Positions 23,586-38,609 are shown, counted from the stretch's first letter. The stretch is 47,574 nucleotides of DNA from Octopus bimaculoides (GCF_001194135.2 NC_068989.1:77287291-77334864), one strand, 5' to 3'. Numbers and translations: made by a program. Notes: generated by a model from the letters alone, not told the origin.

Positions 23586-24475
23586 GTGTATATATANNNN
23601 NNNNNNNNNNNNNNNNNNNNNNNNNNNNNNNNNNNNNNNNNNNNNNNNNNNNNNNNNNNNNNNNNNNNNNNNNNNNNNNNNNNNNNNNNNNNNNNNNNNN
23701 NNNNNNNNNNNNNNNNNNNNNNNNNNNNNNNNNNNNNNNNNNNNNNNNNNNNNNNNNNNNNNNNNNNNNNNNNNNNNNNNNNNNNNNNNNNNNNNNNNNN
23801 NNNNNNNNNNNNNNNNNNNNNNNNNNNNNNNNNNNNNNNNNNNNNNNNNNNNNNNNNNNNNNNNNNNNNNNNNNNNNNNNNNNNNNNNNNNNNNNNNNNN
23901 NNNNNNNNNNNNNNNNNNNNNNNNNNNNNNNNNNNNNNNNNNNNNNNNNNNNNNNNNNNNNNNNNNNNNNNNNNNNNNNNNNNNNNNNNNNNNNNNNNNN
24001 NNNNNNNNNNNNNNNNNNNNNNNNNNNNNNNNNNNNNNNNNNNNNNNNNNNNNNNNNNNNNNNNNNNNNNNNNNNNNNNNNNNNNNNNNNNNNNNNNNNN
24101 NNNNNNNNNNNNNNNNNNNNNNNNNNNNNNNNNNNNNNNNNNNNNNNNNNNNNNNNNNNNNNNNNNNNNNNNNNNNNNNNNNNNNNNNNNNNNNNNNNNN
24201 NNNNNNNNNNNNNNNNNNNNNNNNNNNNNNNNNNNNNNNNNNNNNNNNNNNNNNNNNNNNNNNNNNNNNNNNNNNNNNNNNNNNNNNNNNNNNNNNNNNN
24301 NNNNNNNNNNNNNNNNNNNNNNNNNNNNNNNNNNNNNNNNNNNNNNNNNNNNNNNNNNNNNNNNNNNNNNNNNNNNNNNNNNNNNNNNNNNNNNNNNNNN
24401 NNNNNNNNNNNNNNNNNNNNNNNNNNNNNNNNNNNNNNNNNNNNNNNNNNNNNNNNNNNNNNNNNNNNNNNNNNN

Positions 24476-24749
24476 AAACACGTAAAGCCCCACGAGGCTC
24501 CGGCAGGGGATGGTGGCGAACCCTGCTGTACTCTTTCACCACAACTTTCTCTCAATCTTACTTCCTGTTTCTGTTGTGCCTGTAATTCAAAGGGTCAGAC
24601 TTGTCACGCTGAATATCCCCGAGAACTACGTTAAGGGTACACATGTCTGTGGAGTGCTCAGCCATTTGCACGTTAATTTCACGAGCAGGCTGTTCCGTTG
24701 ATCGGATCAACTGGAACCCTCGACGTCGTTAGCGACGGAGTGCCAACAA
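24476..24749 (+). mobile_element. SINE family C copy; 5' end lost in the gap
   Basis: ccacgaggctccggcaggggatggtggcgaaccctgctgtactctttcaccacaactttctctca is shared with 21378-21442. Confidence 0.85.
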
Positions 24750-26089
24750 TGTATGTATGTATGTATGTATGTATGTATATGTATGTATGTATGTATGTAT
24801 GTGTATGTATGTATGTATTTATATTTTATTGAGATTTTCACGGAGGAAAAAGATTATGTTGCAGGGTGTATATGTATGTATGGATGTGTTTAATTATTCA
24901 TAACTTTATACTAGTGATGGGAAATTCGTCTCAGGTATTTAAACATACAATCTTTGAGTTATTTTAATCTGGAATTCAATATATTTAAGTATACTGGAAA
25001 GAAATATTATAGGTGAATAGAGATTCAGTAAATGAAGGAACACTCAGAATATCTTATATTCTCTTGCAATAACATACATTAATTGAATACAGATTAAAAG
25101 GAAAAAAATATTGAAGGAAACTATTGAGTGTAAACTATTAGTAGACTGACGGAAGTGTTTGCAACTGAAAGCATATAGATTTAGAACAAATCCAACATAA
25201 TGGGTGAATACTGACGGAAGGAGAGAAATATTGAAAGAAATCTATTAGAATGGTTATAGAAACGATTGCGACTCAAAACATTTTTATTGAGATTAATCTG
25301 TGCATATGCTAAGTTTAAAGCTTATGCATGCATATACTATAGATCCAGAAACTAATACGTTGTGACCCTAGCAATGTCTCCTCGTATTTCATATCTGAAT
25401 TCTTGAGGTTAAACTATTATATATTTGAGTTTATGAACTTGAGTCATATAAAAAACAAAACAGAGAGAAATAAAGCATGTTGCTGAGATAATCGAATAGA
25501 ACATTACTATAAATTTTCATAATTTAGCATATAAAATATAATGGAGCGTTGCAATTCATAAAAGAAAGTTAAAACACTAAGCCATTAGTCTGTTATCAAA
25601 GCAATATTGTCCTTTGTGTAGCATATATATATATATATATNNNNNNNNNNNNNNNNNNNNNNNNNNNNNNNNNNNNNNNNNNNNNNNNNNNNNNNNNNNN
25701 NNNNNNNNNNNNNNNNNNNNNNNNNNNNNNNNNNNNNNNNNNNNNNNNNNNNNNNNNNNNNNNNNNNNNNNNNNNNNNNNNNNNNNNNNNNNNNNNNNNN
25801 NNNNNNNNNNNNNNNNNNNNNNNNNNNNNNNNNNNNNNNNNNNNNNNNNNNNNNNNNNNNNNNNNNNNNNNNNNNNNNNNNNNNNNNNNNNNNNNNNNNN
25901 NNNNNNNNNNNNNNNNNNNNNNNNNNNNNNNNNNNNNNNNNNNNNNNNNNNNNNNNNNNNNNNNNNNNNNNNNNNNNNNNNNNNNNNNNNNNNNNNNNNN
26001 NNNNNNNNNNNNNNNNNNNNNNNNNNNNNNNNNNNNNNNNNNNNNNNNNNNNNNNNNNNNNNNNNNNNNNNNNNNNNNNNNNNNNNNNN

Positions 26090-26131
<42 letters not shown>

Positions 26132-26377
26132 TGTGTGTGTATGTGTGTGCGTGTGTGTGTGTGTGTAATACATATATATGTATGCAATACATATGTGTGA
26201 TATATACGTAATACACATGTAAAATATATGAAATATTATATACATATATATGATATACTATAATATATAATATTTATACTATATATATTATATAATATGC
26301 ATACATATGTAATATCTATCATTGCCATATATATCTACATGCACGTATTTATGTGTGAGTTGTTATATATATATATA

Positions 26378-26408
<31 letters not shown>

Positions 26409-27048
26409 ATGTTTACATCAACACGTAATCACACACTCAAATGTGCGTGTATGTGTTTACTGCTAGGTCGATAGATGACGTCGACTTAACAGAACCTATC
26501 TTCCGGCATTTGATCCGGTTTTCAAAGAACTGAGTTTCAATCCTATTTGCACTTACTATTCCTGTTATTCTTTCAAACTCGATAAATGATGATCTCTACT
26601 CAGGCAGTTGATTTTCAGTAAAGTTATTGTTACGGACATTATGCCTTGTGATATATACTTCGACTCTATTCTGTCAGAAATCAGATGACGCTATATAGAA
26701 ATGGAAAGCAAAAAGCAAGGGAGAGAGAGAGAGGCAAAAGAGTGTCAAATGTAGTAAATATCTAAGCACTTGCTCGACTGCCTCAAGTTGGTAAGGAGAA
26801 AATAAAAGATTTATTGCAAGTTCTGATCACTGAAAGCAGATGTACTCACACACACACAAACGCACACACACACACACACGCACACACATACGCATACACA
26901 CACACACACGAACACCATCCCAAACACAGTCACCCCTCACACGCACATATCATTTAATCATTCCACGTATCTATATATTTAGCGCTCCATATGTGCATAT
27001 GCACACACACATATATAACTTTATATGCACATCCATTCTCCCCTCACC

Positions 27049-27086
<38 letters not shown>

Positions 27087-28404
27087 TAAATAATATATAA
27101 ATATATGCATATATCCATACATATATGTACATATCTACATCTATATGTATATGTATGGATATATGCTTATATTTATATATTATTTATATTATTATATGAT
27201 CGAACACCACGCATCTTTCTCATATATATCTATATATATATATATATATATNNNNNNNNNNNNNNNNNNNNNNNNNNNNNNNNNNNNNNNNNNNNNNNNN
27301 NNNNNNNNNNNNNNNNNNNNNNNNNNNNNNNNNNNNNNNNNNNNNNNNNNNNNNNNNNNNNNNNNNNNNNNNNNNNNNNNNNNNNNNNNNNNNNNNNNNN
27401 NNNNNNNNNNNNNNNNNNNNNNNNNNNNNNNNNNNNNNNNNNNNNNNNNNNNNNNNNNNNNNNNNNNNNNNNNNNNNNNNNNNNNNNNNNNNNNNNNNNN
27501 NNNNNNNNNNNNNNNNNNNNNNNNNNNNNNNNNNNNNNNNNNNNNNNNNNNNNNNNNNNNNNNNNNNNNNNNNNNNNNNNNNNNNNNNNNNNNNNNNNNN
27601 NNNNNNNNNNNNNNNNNNNNNNNNNNNNNNNNNNNNNNNNNNNNNNNNNNNNNNNNNNNNNNNNNNNNNNNNNNNNNNNNNNNNNNNNNNNNNNNNNNNN
27701 NNNNNNNNNNNNNNNNNNNNNNNNNNNNNNNNNNNNNNNNNNNNNNNNNNNNNNNNNNNNNNNNNNNNNNNNNNNNNNNNNNNNNNNNNNNNNNNNNNNN
27801 NNNNNNNNNNNNNNNNNNNNNNNNNNNNNNNATATATATATATATATATACATACATCATATATATATTCTTCGATTTTAGTGGCGTTTATTGATTAAGT
27901 TAACGAAACACTTTAGCGGTGGAGTGATAGCTAAAAAAAAAAAAAGACAGTTAAACATATTGTTTGCACCAAGTCAACAGACGCTGAAAGAGTTGACGGT
28001 AGAAATCAATAATCAGTTTAGAACCAGTTCCAGGTATTGTAAAAAATATTTATTGTCTACACAAAGAATAATATGGTTGAAGCAGGAACTGACGTGGAAA
28101 GGAGCAATGAAATTTAACGAAATTTAATATGGGAGAAAAAACTATTGGCATTTTTTTCATCTGTTGCTTAGATTTTGCTTGAACATTTCACTTGTCACGA
28201 TGCCGTGCAAATGATTTGACCGATGAGCAGAGTTGTAAAACGAACTTAGAAGGATAAAATTCTCAATGATACATCTCACTTAACAAGGTACATTACTCTA
28301 ACTTAGTACATTTTCAGGAATCTGGAGCGAAGACTATGAGAAGCAATTTTTTCCCAAGTTTGTAAAGAACTTGTATATATACACACACACACGCGCGACA
28401 CACA

Positions 28405-28470
<66 letters not shown>

Positions 28471-28785
28471 CTTACTTNNNNNNNNNNNNNNNNNNNNNNN
28501 NNNNNNNNNNNNNNNNNNNNNNNNNNNNNNNNNNNNNNNNNNNNNNNNNNNNNNNNNNNNNNNNNNNNNNNNNNNNNNNNNNNNNNNNNNNNNNNNNNNN
28601 NNNNNNNNNNNNNNNNNNNNNNNNNNNNNNNNNNNNNNNNNNNNNNNNNNNNNNNNNNNNNNNNNNNNNNNNNNNNNNNNNNNNNNNNNNNNNNNNNNNN
28701 NNNNNNNNNNNNNNNNNNNNNNNNNNAGATAGATAGATAGATAGATAGGTAGATAGATAGATAGATAGATAGTTAGATAGATATA

Positions 28786-30061
28786 CAGGGTCTTTGAAAT
28801 AAATTGAGACCCATTTAAGCAGTTGCCCTAGTGGGCTTAACATCTTTTTTTTGACAAAACCTTGCTTGCTTGAAAATCTAATCTTTTTCTTTATTTTTCA
28901 GGTAAATAACGAACTGATACAACAACAGAAAATCGTGGAACAACAGAATCGTTCCACAATTGTTGTTTTGGCTCGTGCTGAAAACACTGCTGAAAACCAT
29001 TATTAAGTTGACGAAACTTTCAAAAGCTACAGTTCATCGTCTGTATAAAGAATTTAAAGACGAGGGAATGTTTGATAGAAAAGAACAGAGGACTCCAAGT
29101 GACTTGAAGCGCAATCCAAATTTTCTGGCTGTCCTAGAACGCTCGACGGAACCCACCCTATCGACATCCATGACAACTCTTGCAGAGAAACGCAACGTGT
29201 CCCTTTACACATTGCACAGAGCTGTAAACTCGAACCATAGCATGACTAGCTATGCTCGACGACGTCGTCACCTCCTAACAGCAAAGGCCAAAGCTACCAG
29301 AGCTGAGAGATTCCCAAAGCTTCTGTCATTCAACAAGCAACAAGTTACAGGAAAGATCTCTCGTGTTTGTTGACGAGAAGGAGTTCACTGTGAACGCTGA
29401 GATGCACTAGTGATTGCATACAACACTTCTAACGTCGACCCAGTGTTTGTTGTGTTGTAGACGAAGAATCTTGTCTCTCTCTTTGGAGTCGTGGCGAGGG
29501 ATGGAAGTGCCGTGAATGTGCGCTTCATTGACTCTGGCTTGAAGATCGGCACAAAGCAGTATCTGGACATCCTGAAGAACTCTCTTTAACCTTTGATGGA
29601 GCAAAAGTTTGGGCTTGCCAATGTGGTGCTTATCCAGGATTATACAGCATGCCATTGGTCAAGAGCAACGCAGGCCTTCTTTGGAGAAAAGGCGCCACTT
29701 TTTGTGAGGCCTAACATCTGGCCCAGTAACAGCTCAGATCTCAACCTTCTCGATTACATTTTATAGGGTGTACTTCAAGCAAGGACAATTTTTCACCACT
29801 CTCGAGTGTCAACAGTTTGAGGACCTGCATCGTACCATCCGCAAAAAAAAAAAAAACCGGCGGAGTTTGCGCCAGCTGCAAAAAGATTTTATTCGCTTGT
29901 TGGGACAGCAATTGACAAAAAGGGTGGCTATGTTGCGTGACAAATATTTTTATTGTAATAAATGTTACATTTAAATTATATTTCTCTACTACCATTACTT
30001 TAGCATTTATAACCAGTTTTATGCATCGTAAAATTTGTCTTAATTTATCAGCAAGATACAT
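28786..30061 (+). mobile_element. Near full-length decayed Tc1/mariner transposon, DD37D (maT) family
   Basis: TA-CAGGG left end. Right TIR matches about 16 of 25 at 30037-30061. Transposase about 28935-29930 with an HTH-like N terminus (ORF 28960), FVDEKEF (D at 29372), IQDYTACH (D at 29638) and WPSNSSDLNLLDY (D at 29752). There are 37 residues between the 2nd and 3rd D. Frameshifts and stops present. Confidence 0.88.
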
Positions 30062-30083
30062 ATACATATGTACATATATATAT

Positions 30084-30129
<46 letters not shown>

Positions 30130-31147
30130 ACATACACACACACACACACACACAGAGGTTTCTCAGATTTAATGGAATGAGAGACAAATAACAAATACTT
30201 TTCCCCCTGAATGTTTTGAATCTTTCTGTAAAGCACTGAAAATACAACATACTTCAACAATATTAATGCATAATTATTGCACTTCCTCATAATTTGTTGT
30301 ACGTATTCAGAGTTAAGTGTTTTCGACCAAGGATATTTTCTTTTTGGACGTACCTTGCACCAGTATATAGTGTATATAAGGAAACTGCCGAACATTGAGA
30401 TGATTGTATGTTTATCGGCCAATAGTCTCATGCAGTATATAATTCGACAAAGAGTTTATTCAGTCATAAACCATGGTTTCTAACGTGAGCAGAAGCCTTA
30501 CAAATACGGCTGTGTTGTTACGACTCAAGCATATAACTATAAAGGGCAGGTTTCTATTATATCAACGTTACTATGGTGTCTTGTTAGGTGAGTGACTTTA
30601 TTCTTAGTGGTTTAGTTTGACGAGATATACGTCGGTATTACTGTGAAATTAACGAATAATTTGTTAGATATCCATGTTGTTTTTGGACTTCATCCACCAT
30701 ATTTTCTTGGCTCGTAACTTGTCCATATTATTTATAATTCCAACATCTTCCAATTTTAACCAAGCTCATATAAATGCCAATGCAATAAATGCTACGATGT
30801 AGCTACAACAGACTTTGTCTATTAGGTGCAAGTAACATTTACAATAATCTGAAAAAAAACAAATTACTACGTCAAATTAGCATCAGTCGACATACACTTC
30901 CAAAGACTACAGACAAGCTCTAGGGGAATCTGTCAATAAGCTAGACATAAACTCCACCCCTTCATTTTAGCTATAAACTCGCTAAATCACAACAATATGT
31001 TTAAATACAATGGGCAGCTATAGTTCAGAGTAAATACAGAATGTGTATCTGAACACCTGTGAATAATTTTGTTTAAAACAAAGACATTCAACGTAAAACA
31101 AGCAATGGAAGAGGTAAAGACAATAAATACTAATTTCATTCCAACAT

Positions 31148-31150
<3 letters not shown>

Positions 31151-31211
<61 letters not shown>

Positions 31212-31215
31212 CATT
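31151..31215. repeat. (ATT)n microsatellite
   Basis: Directly visible. Confidence 0.95.
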
Positions 31216-31870
31216 AGTGGTGGTAGTGGTCTTGGTAGTAGCAGAAGTAATAGCAGAGTAAAAGTATATATAGATATGTATGTACTGACACAAACACACA
31301 CACACACACACACATAAACACACACACAAACACACACACACACACACACACACGCAAACGTATATATGCATGTATATATATATGTATAAATGAATATGTA
31401 TGTGTCTATGTGTTTGCCTGTCAGTAACTGAGTGAGTGTGTGTGTACGTGTGTACGTGTGTACGTGTGTACGTGTGTATGTGATGTGTGTATATGTGTCT
31501 GTACGCGGTCGTGTGTGTATATATATCGCACTGATAAGAAAACTTATTTTTATTTCGAGTGTTCGACTGTTTGAATTGTGCTGCGTTATTCCCTATCTCT
31601 ACATTCCTTCACTGTTTATCAGCTACGGAATGGTTTTCTTTATTTCTCATTTATTTTTGATTGTAAGTAGTAGGTAAAGGTGAAAAATATGTGAACAAAT
31701 CAAGCTAGACACATAGCACTATCATGAGGATGTAATTAAAAGCTTGCAATCTTATTTAATGATCTTGCTCAAGATGACTATAAACATATTAACATATATG
31801 GCTGTATAAGTATAAGTATATGTTTATATACGTATTTATATATATATGTATGTGTGTGTGTGTGTGTGTT

Positions 31871-31909
<39 letters not shown>

Positions 31910-32258
31910 NNNNNNNNNNNNNNNNNNNNNNNNNNNNNNNNNNNNNNNNNNNNNNNNNNNNNNNNNNNNNNNNNNNNNNNNNNNNNNNNNNNNNNNNNNN
32001 NNNNNNNNNNNNNNNNNNNNNNNNNNNNTATATTTATATACCTACATATATATATATATATACACATATGTGTATATATGATATAGATATACATATGTAT
32101 GTATATATGTATTCATATATACAAATACCTATATGTACATACAAGCGCACACACACACATAACTTATGGGTGTATGTCTTTCTATATATGTATGTATATG
32201 CATATATAAATATATGTACATACATACACAAATATATTCATATGTATGTACATATGTA

Positions 32259-32303
<45 letters not shown>

Positions 32304-32875
32304 CCTTTCTGTGTACAGGGTCTGTACGAACATATATATGTGCACGTTCCTAAGTATTTGTGCAAATAAACACATACATGTATACATATACATTGATAAG
32401 TATTGTTTGTAGAAGGATGTATGAATGTAGAGTGCATATATTAATTCATGTTTATAAACATTANNNNNNNNNNNNNNNNNNNNNNNNNNNNNNNNNATAT
32501 ATATATATATATATATAGGGAGAGAAGAGAACAAAGAAGAGAATGTGGGAGGAATGGAATTGTATTTTCTAAACAAAAGTCGAATTATTTTTCTCATCGT
32601 ATAATAAATAAATGGATAACGGCTTGTCAGTAAGTTATTTGGCTGTAGGCGAAAATAAGCGTCTGAAGACAGGGAGAGAGTATTGGAGACTTATAGTGAC
32701 GTGGCTGAGAATATGTTCATCAGATAAGATAATAATTTGCTAGTGCGTTTTCTTAAGTCAGACAAAAAGGAACTTGCAACAATAATCACAGGAGCCGGTT
32801 CATTACTGCGTTTGATGTATTCCCGAAAAGACAGTAATAAAAGTACAAGAATGATGGGGTTCAGGAAGTATGTAT

Positions 32876-32913
32876 AATGGTGACAATGAGGATGATGATG
32901 ATGATGATGATGT

Positions 32914-32952
<39 letters not shown>

Positions 32953-33074
32953 CCATGATGATGATGATGACCATGATGATGATGGCAATGATGGTGTTCA
33001 AGTTAATGGATGAGATGATAATTATGATAATGACGACGACGACGACGTCTGACGATGATGCTGATGATGCTGAC

Positions 33075-33116
<42 letters not shown>
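32876..33116. repeat. (GAT)n/(GAC)n imperfect trinucleotide tract
   Basis: Directly visible; source of the poly-Met, poly-Asp and poly-Ser ORFs. Confidence 0.92.
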
Positions 33117-35186
33117 GGTTGACGTTATCGTCTTCATAATTTGCATAATTTCTCCAGATGTGATACATGTGCTTACCATGAACGCGATCGATCACAGCAA
33201 TTTCAAATAAGCTCTTACAAAACAGTCATTGCGTTAGAACATTATGTCAGACGTGTAGCCTTCAATCGGCCAAGTGTTTCAGAGGTCCGAGTACGCGTGT
33301 ACTAATGCTATGGATATCCACTTTATCTGTTATGGGTCTTATCCACCTCACTCGAAGTTGGTATTATTATTATCACCACCATTATTGTTATATATCATCT
33401 CTATCAACACTGATGAGGCAGAATTACCTTGTTCGCGATTATCCCTTAGAAATACAAGAATTACTTTATTTAACGTGTCTTTTTCTACTTTGAATCTCTA
33501 AGATTTGAGTTATTTCTGGTTTGTGGTTTGTGGGTTTTAATTACTTATCTTGACATGCATAGTTCCCGAAAATAACTACAGTCAATCACGGGGAGGGAGA
33601 TGTTGTTTCCTCTATCAGTAGTCTGATATTTTTGTAGCTTGTCCAGCAGTTAGAAGCTGTACACAATCGCATTAAAGTGGTATTTATTTCTTTCATCTTG
33701 TATCCTTTTTCTGATTTTTTTATTCACAGGTACACATATGCACACATTCATACCCACAAACACACACATACAAGCACACACGTGATCATACGCACACACA
33801 GAAACATACACACACGTACTCAAACGCACACACACACACCCACACACAAACACACACACAAACACACACACACATACATACACACATGTACAGATTAGTC
33901 TAATCGTAAAAAAACACACACTCCTTACTTCTGATATCTATTTTCTAAACACTAGTGGTAGTAGAATTAAAATTAACACTGTTTCAAAACAGAATCGTTT
34001 CATTTGGAATTTTCCGGTTAATTAATTCAGTTTACTTCATGCAAATTTCTTGATATTGACTTCGTTATTCACTAATTTTCTTTTCACATTACTTCCTTTT
34101 TTTTTGTTTTTCTTGACTTTGGCTAGAATGGATCCTAGACACTGCATAAGATGCTGATATTTAAAATTCATAAACTGATGAGACACTAGATTATTTGACT
34201 AAATGCAGCATGTTCTTTACTTTCGGTATATTCTGTTAACGAATTAAGTGCCACTAACCTCTCAGATGAGGAAGCATTTCATCATTCTACGAGTAAACAC
34301 ACTGATCTCTCGATTCAGTGCACCATATTTGTTTGGTTGAATAATTTTGCTAAATAAATAATTTTCTTCATTTATGCTGCTGATTTAAGAATCATCGAAC
34401 TTTCATGTTGTCAGCTTATGCATATGTACATTTTAAAACATCTTTAGAGTTTCGATTTATATAATAAAAATTGACATTCATAACTTATTTCCTTTGGTAT
34501 CAAATTATTTATATATCAGTTTCTCTATTGCTTGTATAATGCGATAGCATTTACAAATTTCCTTAATTAAATATTGATTGATTTATTTTAGTATGCTCTT
34601 TCTACTATTTTCTATTTAACCTCTACGAGAAGATAACATTTTATGGTAGAGAAGTATGTAAGTAATATACAAGAACAATTTATACCTTCTTTTATGTGTC
34701 ATAAATATTGCGAAGTAGATTTGATTGGGTATAAGACAAATACGATTTTAGTAAGTATGGCAAACAGCGCTATGGTATTTAACATGAAATATTATAGAAA
34801 GATACATCATATTTCATATACACAGAATGCTGAATTATTCAGAATGTTAGGAACGAAATTGCTGAAGAGAGTGCAAGCAATAAAAAGAGTATAAATTAAT
34901 TTGGTCATGTGACTCAATGCCGTCACACTTTTGATCCACTATTATCACATTATTGATCGATTCTCATGCATGAGCAAACAAAAGGGAGAGCGGTCTAGGA
35001 ATGCAATGAAGGATGTATCGACCGAACAACTACGCGTTGACAGGGGGTAAAACACTTCAAAGGAAATAATAGACATTCAGAAGGGGAACACGAGGTTTAG
35101 TTTTGCTTTGATCAAACGTTTTCCCTAGAATTATATAATTAATAACAAAAACAATATCAAGTGTGTATGAGAACTACACACACACA

Positions 35187-35227
<41 letters not shown>

Positions 35228-35305
35228 ACACACACACGCTGAGGAGGCAATGTTTACATCTTTTATTTAATTGGTATTAGCATAATTGTAATCAATACAG
35301 CTATA

Positions 35306-35366
35306 CTCTTTTATTGTTTTATTTGATTCAGTCATTGACTGTGGCCATGCTGAAGCACCACCTTAA
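35306..35366 (-). mobile_element. Short 3'-terminal fragment of SINE family A
   Basis: ttcagtcattgactgtggccatgctgaagcaccacctt matches 4236-4270. Confidence 0.65.
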
Positions 35367-37620
35367 TAAAATTCGATGGCTCTAATGTCGATGAACGATT
35401 GGTCAGCAAAATAATTCCTAACTTATATTTTATTTTATATTCAAATGTTTCGAAGCTAAAGTTGGAACACTAATATCAAAAGCCACAGTAAGGACAATGA
35501 AATATTTTCCCATAGCACATATTTGGGATGATAAAAGCAAAGACGGAAATGAGTATTATCCATAATTGTGAAGAAATTGTAGTTCTGATGACTTCGTTAT
35601 TACCAAAGGTCTATTATACTTTTATATTCAAGGTATTGCTCTTGCTATCAGGTTGGATAATTTGAGCATTTAAGCTATACTTTAAATATCAAAGACTCTA
35701 TAATATGGCAGCATTATTTTCCAACATTAAACTTAACAATATGCCGTACATCTATCACAAACAACCATATTACAGAATTCATGCCGTTGTTTTTATTGCT
35801 TTTAATTATATATATATGTGTGTATGTGTGTGAGTGTGTGTGTGTGGTGTGTGCGTGTATGTGTGTGTGTACTTATTGCATATATGGGTTATACATTCAT
35901 GCATACTATATACATACACCCACACACAGATATATGTATGTATATGTGCGTGTAGGCATATTTGTGAGAAGTGTTATCCTCAGGAGTCATGTAATCCCGA
36001 GACACATAATGCGTAATATATTCCTGCATGACTGTATCAAAGAAAATTCGCTGTGACTGTTTCGCGAATCAAGGAATATCTAATGTTCGTCATCATAGAT
36101 TTACGATTTACAGATATTTATAAATCAACCTAGTTCTATAAAGATAAATATTCGTATAACCCCATAATTCTTTAACATTTACAGCAGATTCAGTTGAAAG
36201 AATCATCGCAAGTTTGAAGTAGGTTCCTTGAAATTCTTAAACTCTTGATAATATTACTAAACAAGCGATAGTAGTCGATTCCATTGATCTCTTAAAGTCC
36301 TGTTCTTTTATTAGATTCTCTATACACGGTTAATGGCACTGGTTTGTAATAGTTTTATTATTTTCTCAAAGGGACATCGGTGGAAAAATAATGCAGATAT
36401 ATTATCTTGAACATGGTTTCACTGTACCTTATGTGATATACCAGAGACAGATCCTGTTTGAAGCCTATGCTATGCTATGCAATATTTATTATTTTTTGTA
36501 TGTGTGACAAATTTTCGAAATCAAGTTTTCAAATTCTTGGAAATCCTGTGTTCCTGACATTACATAGACAGTTTACAATAATTGAGTTGTACATCACAGT
36601 ACGCTACATAAGTAAACATTAGTATGAAAATCTAAATAGAGATTCATATCCATATATAAATACATCTAAAAATATATAGTATGTGATATATCATTCCAGA
36701 GTTTTACTCATATTCACTGTCTCTTCTATTATGACAAGTAAAATATTGTATTTGATTACTTCAACGCAGTATTTTGGAGAATGATTTATATGCTCAACTT
36801 CAATTCAATTAACTTGTCACTAAAATTTATAGAAATGTTTACTACTTTTCGAATATTTTAATCATATCTAGATATGTATCTCAATGACATAAAGTCATCT
36901 TTCGTCTTACTGTACAAGTTTTAATATACAATTCTTTCACTGTTGGCAACAATAACTTAACATCAATAGCTACATATTTAGAATGCTGCAATCCATTCTA
37001 GGGTTAATCGTTTTAATAACTATGAATGTCAGAATCAGATTCGCAGACGTCCGCTGCTCATATTGATCGGAGAATATTTAAAACTCTTATTTTTATATTT
37101 GCAGTATTATACACGAAATGCTCCTAATCTGCTATCGGTTGCACATTTTTGCCAGATATTGATGTTTTGCGTATTTTTATTATGTCTTAGTTGTGAATGT
37201 GGTGCAGCTGATTGTTTTTCCAATTTAGCAATTTTGTTATAGGCTTTACTACGAAAACCTATGAGGTAAAACAATAAAAAAAACTCGAAAAGTTTAACTC
37301 AAGAACTAGGATAGCAAAATCACGTGAAATTACGAGAAAAAGAAGAAATGATTTGTGTGGATCTTAGAGAAAGGATCGTTTAGACATTTTCATGAAGCAG
37401 TGTGAACTCTAGTTATGAGAAGCAGTGAAAATGCATCGCACTTGTGTTATATTCCGAGTGGAATGTATTCAGACAAGTAACATTGTCCATCAGACAATTT
37501 ATAATATTTCAGATGTGGGTCAGCTGTTTCAGTTTGTGGCAGTAACATCATCCCACATATATGAACAAAATTTTTATTCAAACATTCGCCATGCTGGACC
37601 GCTGAATTCTATACGTTTTT

Positions 37621-37780
37621 AACATTCTCCCTCTGTTTATTTTTTTTATTATTCCTCTCTGTTGAAGAGCGTAGGCTCGAAACTTAAAATACCTTTTCAT
37701 TTTTCCAGAGTGTGAAACTAACGCACTTATTTGTTGATCATACGCCCGTCGTCGTCTTTTGGTTTTCTACAAATTTCAAC
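37621..37780 (+). mobile_element. Second, more diverged copy of the hammerhead-bearing repeat
   Basis: ctctctgttgaagagcgtaggctcgaaac and the downstream actaacgcacttatttgttg...gtcgtcttttggttttctacaaatt align to 9913-10040. Confidence 0.6.
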
Positions 37781-37872
37781 TATATATATATGCATATATG
37801 TGTGTGTGTGTGTGTGCGTGTAAGTATGTATATGTGTGTGTGTATGTATATATATATATGTGTGTGTGTGAG

Positions 37873-37932
<60 letters not shown>

Positions 37933-38522
37933 CGTATACATATATACACACACACACACACGCACACATATATTACTTAAAGAATACATGCGTATACGTA
38001 AGCTACTTCAAGTTTCATGTTTTGATAATGTTGTATAACTTACTGTAGACGATCCGCCGTTCGTTCAGACACAAATGTAATTCTGTGATGATATGAGAGA
38101 GATGTGAAAGCCCCAGTAGGGAAATCGATAAAGAAATGTTAAGGGAAATACGTTTTAGAAACTTTCACAGGTTACATATAGACAAATGTAAAGTTGTTAT
38201 GTGTACATGTGTTTCTGTGTGAGTGTGTGAGTGTACGTGTATATATAATTTTATGTGCACTTATTATTGAAGCCAGGATATATTGTCGCACATATACAAT
38301 GACTGTGGATCCCAACACTGCTACCAAACCTCATTTCAATCCAGCGCAGAAATATGGAAAACGAAACAACTGCTCGCTGATTTTCTCTTTACATTTTCAA
38401 TATGACATTTTGGTTTTGCATAACAATGACTACGGAGTTGTCGTTGTCGCTGATGTTGATATTACAAAGATGACGATGACAGTTAATTTTCATTTATTTA
38501 TTTATTTATATCATTATCACTA

Positions 38523-38609
<87 letters not shown>

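Noticed and set aside
30496-30513. KPYKYG peptide resembling the piggyBac KPxKYG motif
   Set aside because: No other piggyBac motifs or TIRs nearby; six residues is within chance.
31441-31480. (GTGTGTAC)n 8-mer tandem, and the 16-bp duplication aatggttattatttag near 38928
   Set aside because: Ordinary slippage products with no spacers; not CRISPR-like.
33159-33305. 49-codon frame after an acceptor (CDTCAYHERDRSQ...) and a strong minus-strand donor near 33177
   Set aside because: No convincing matching donor or acceptor and no recognisable domain; the length is not significant here.
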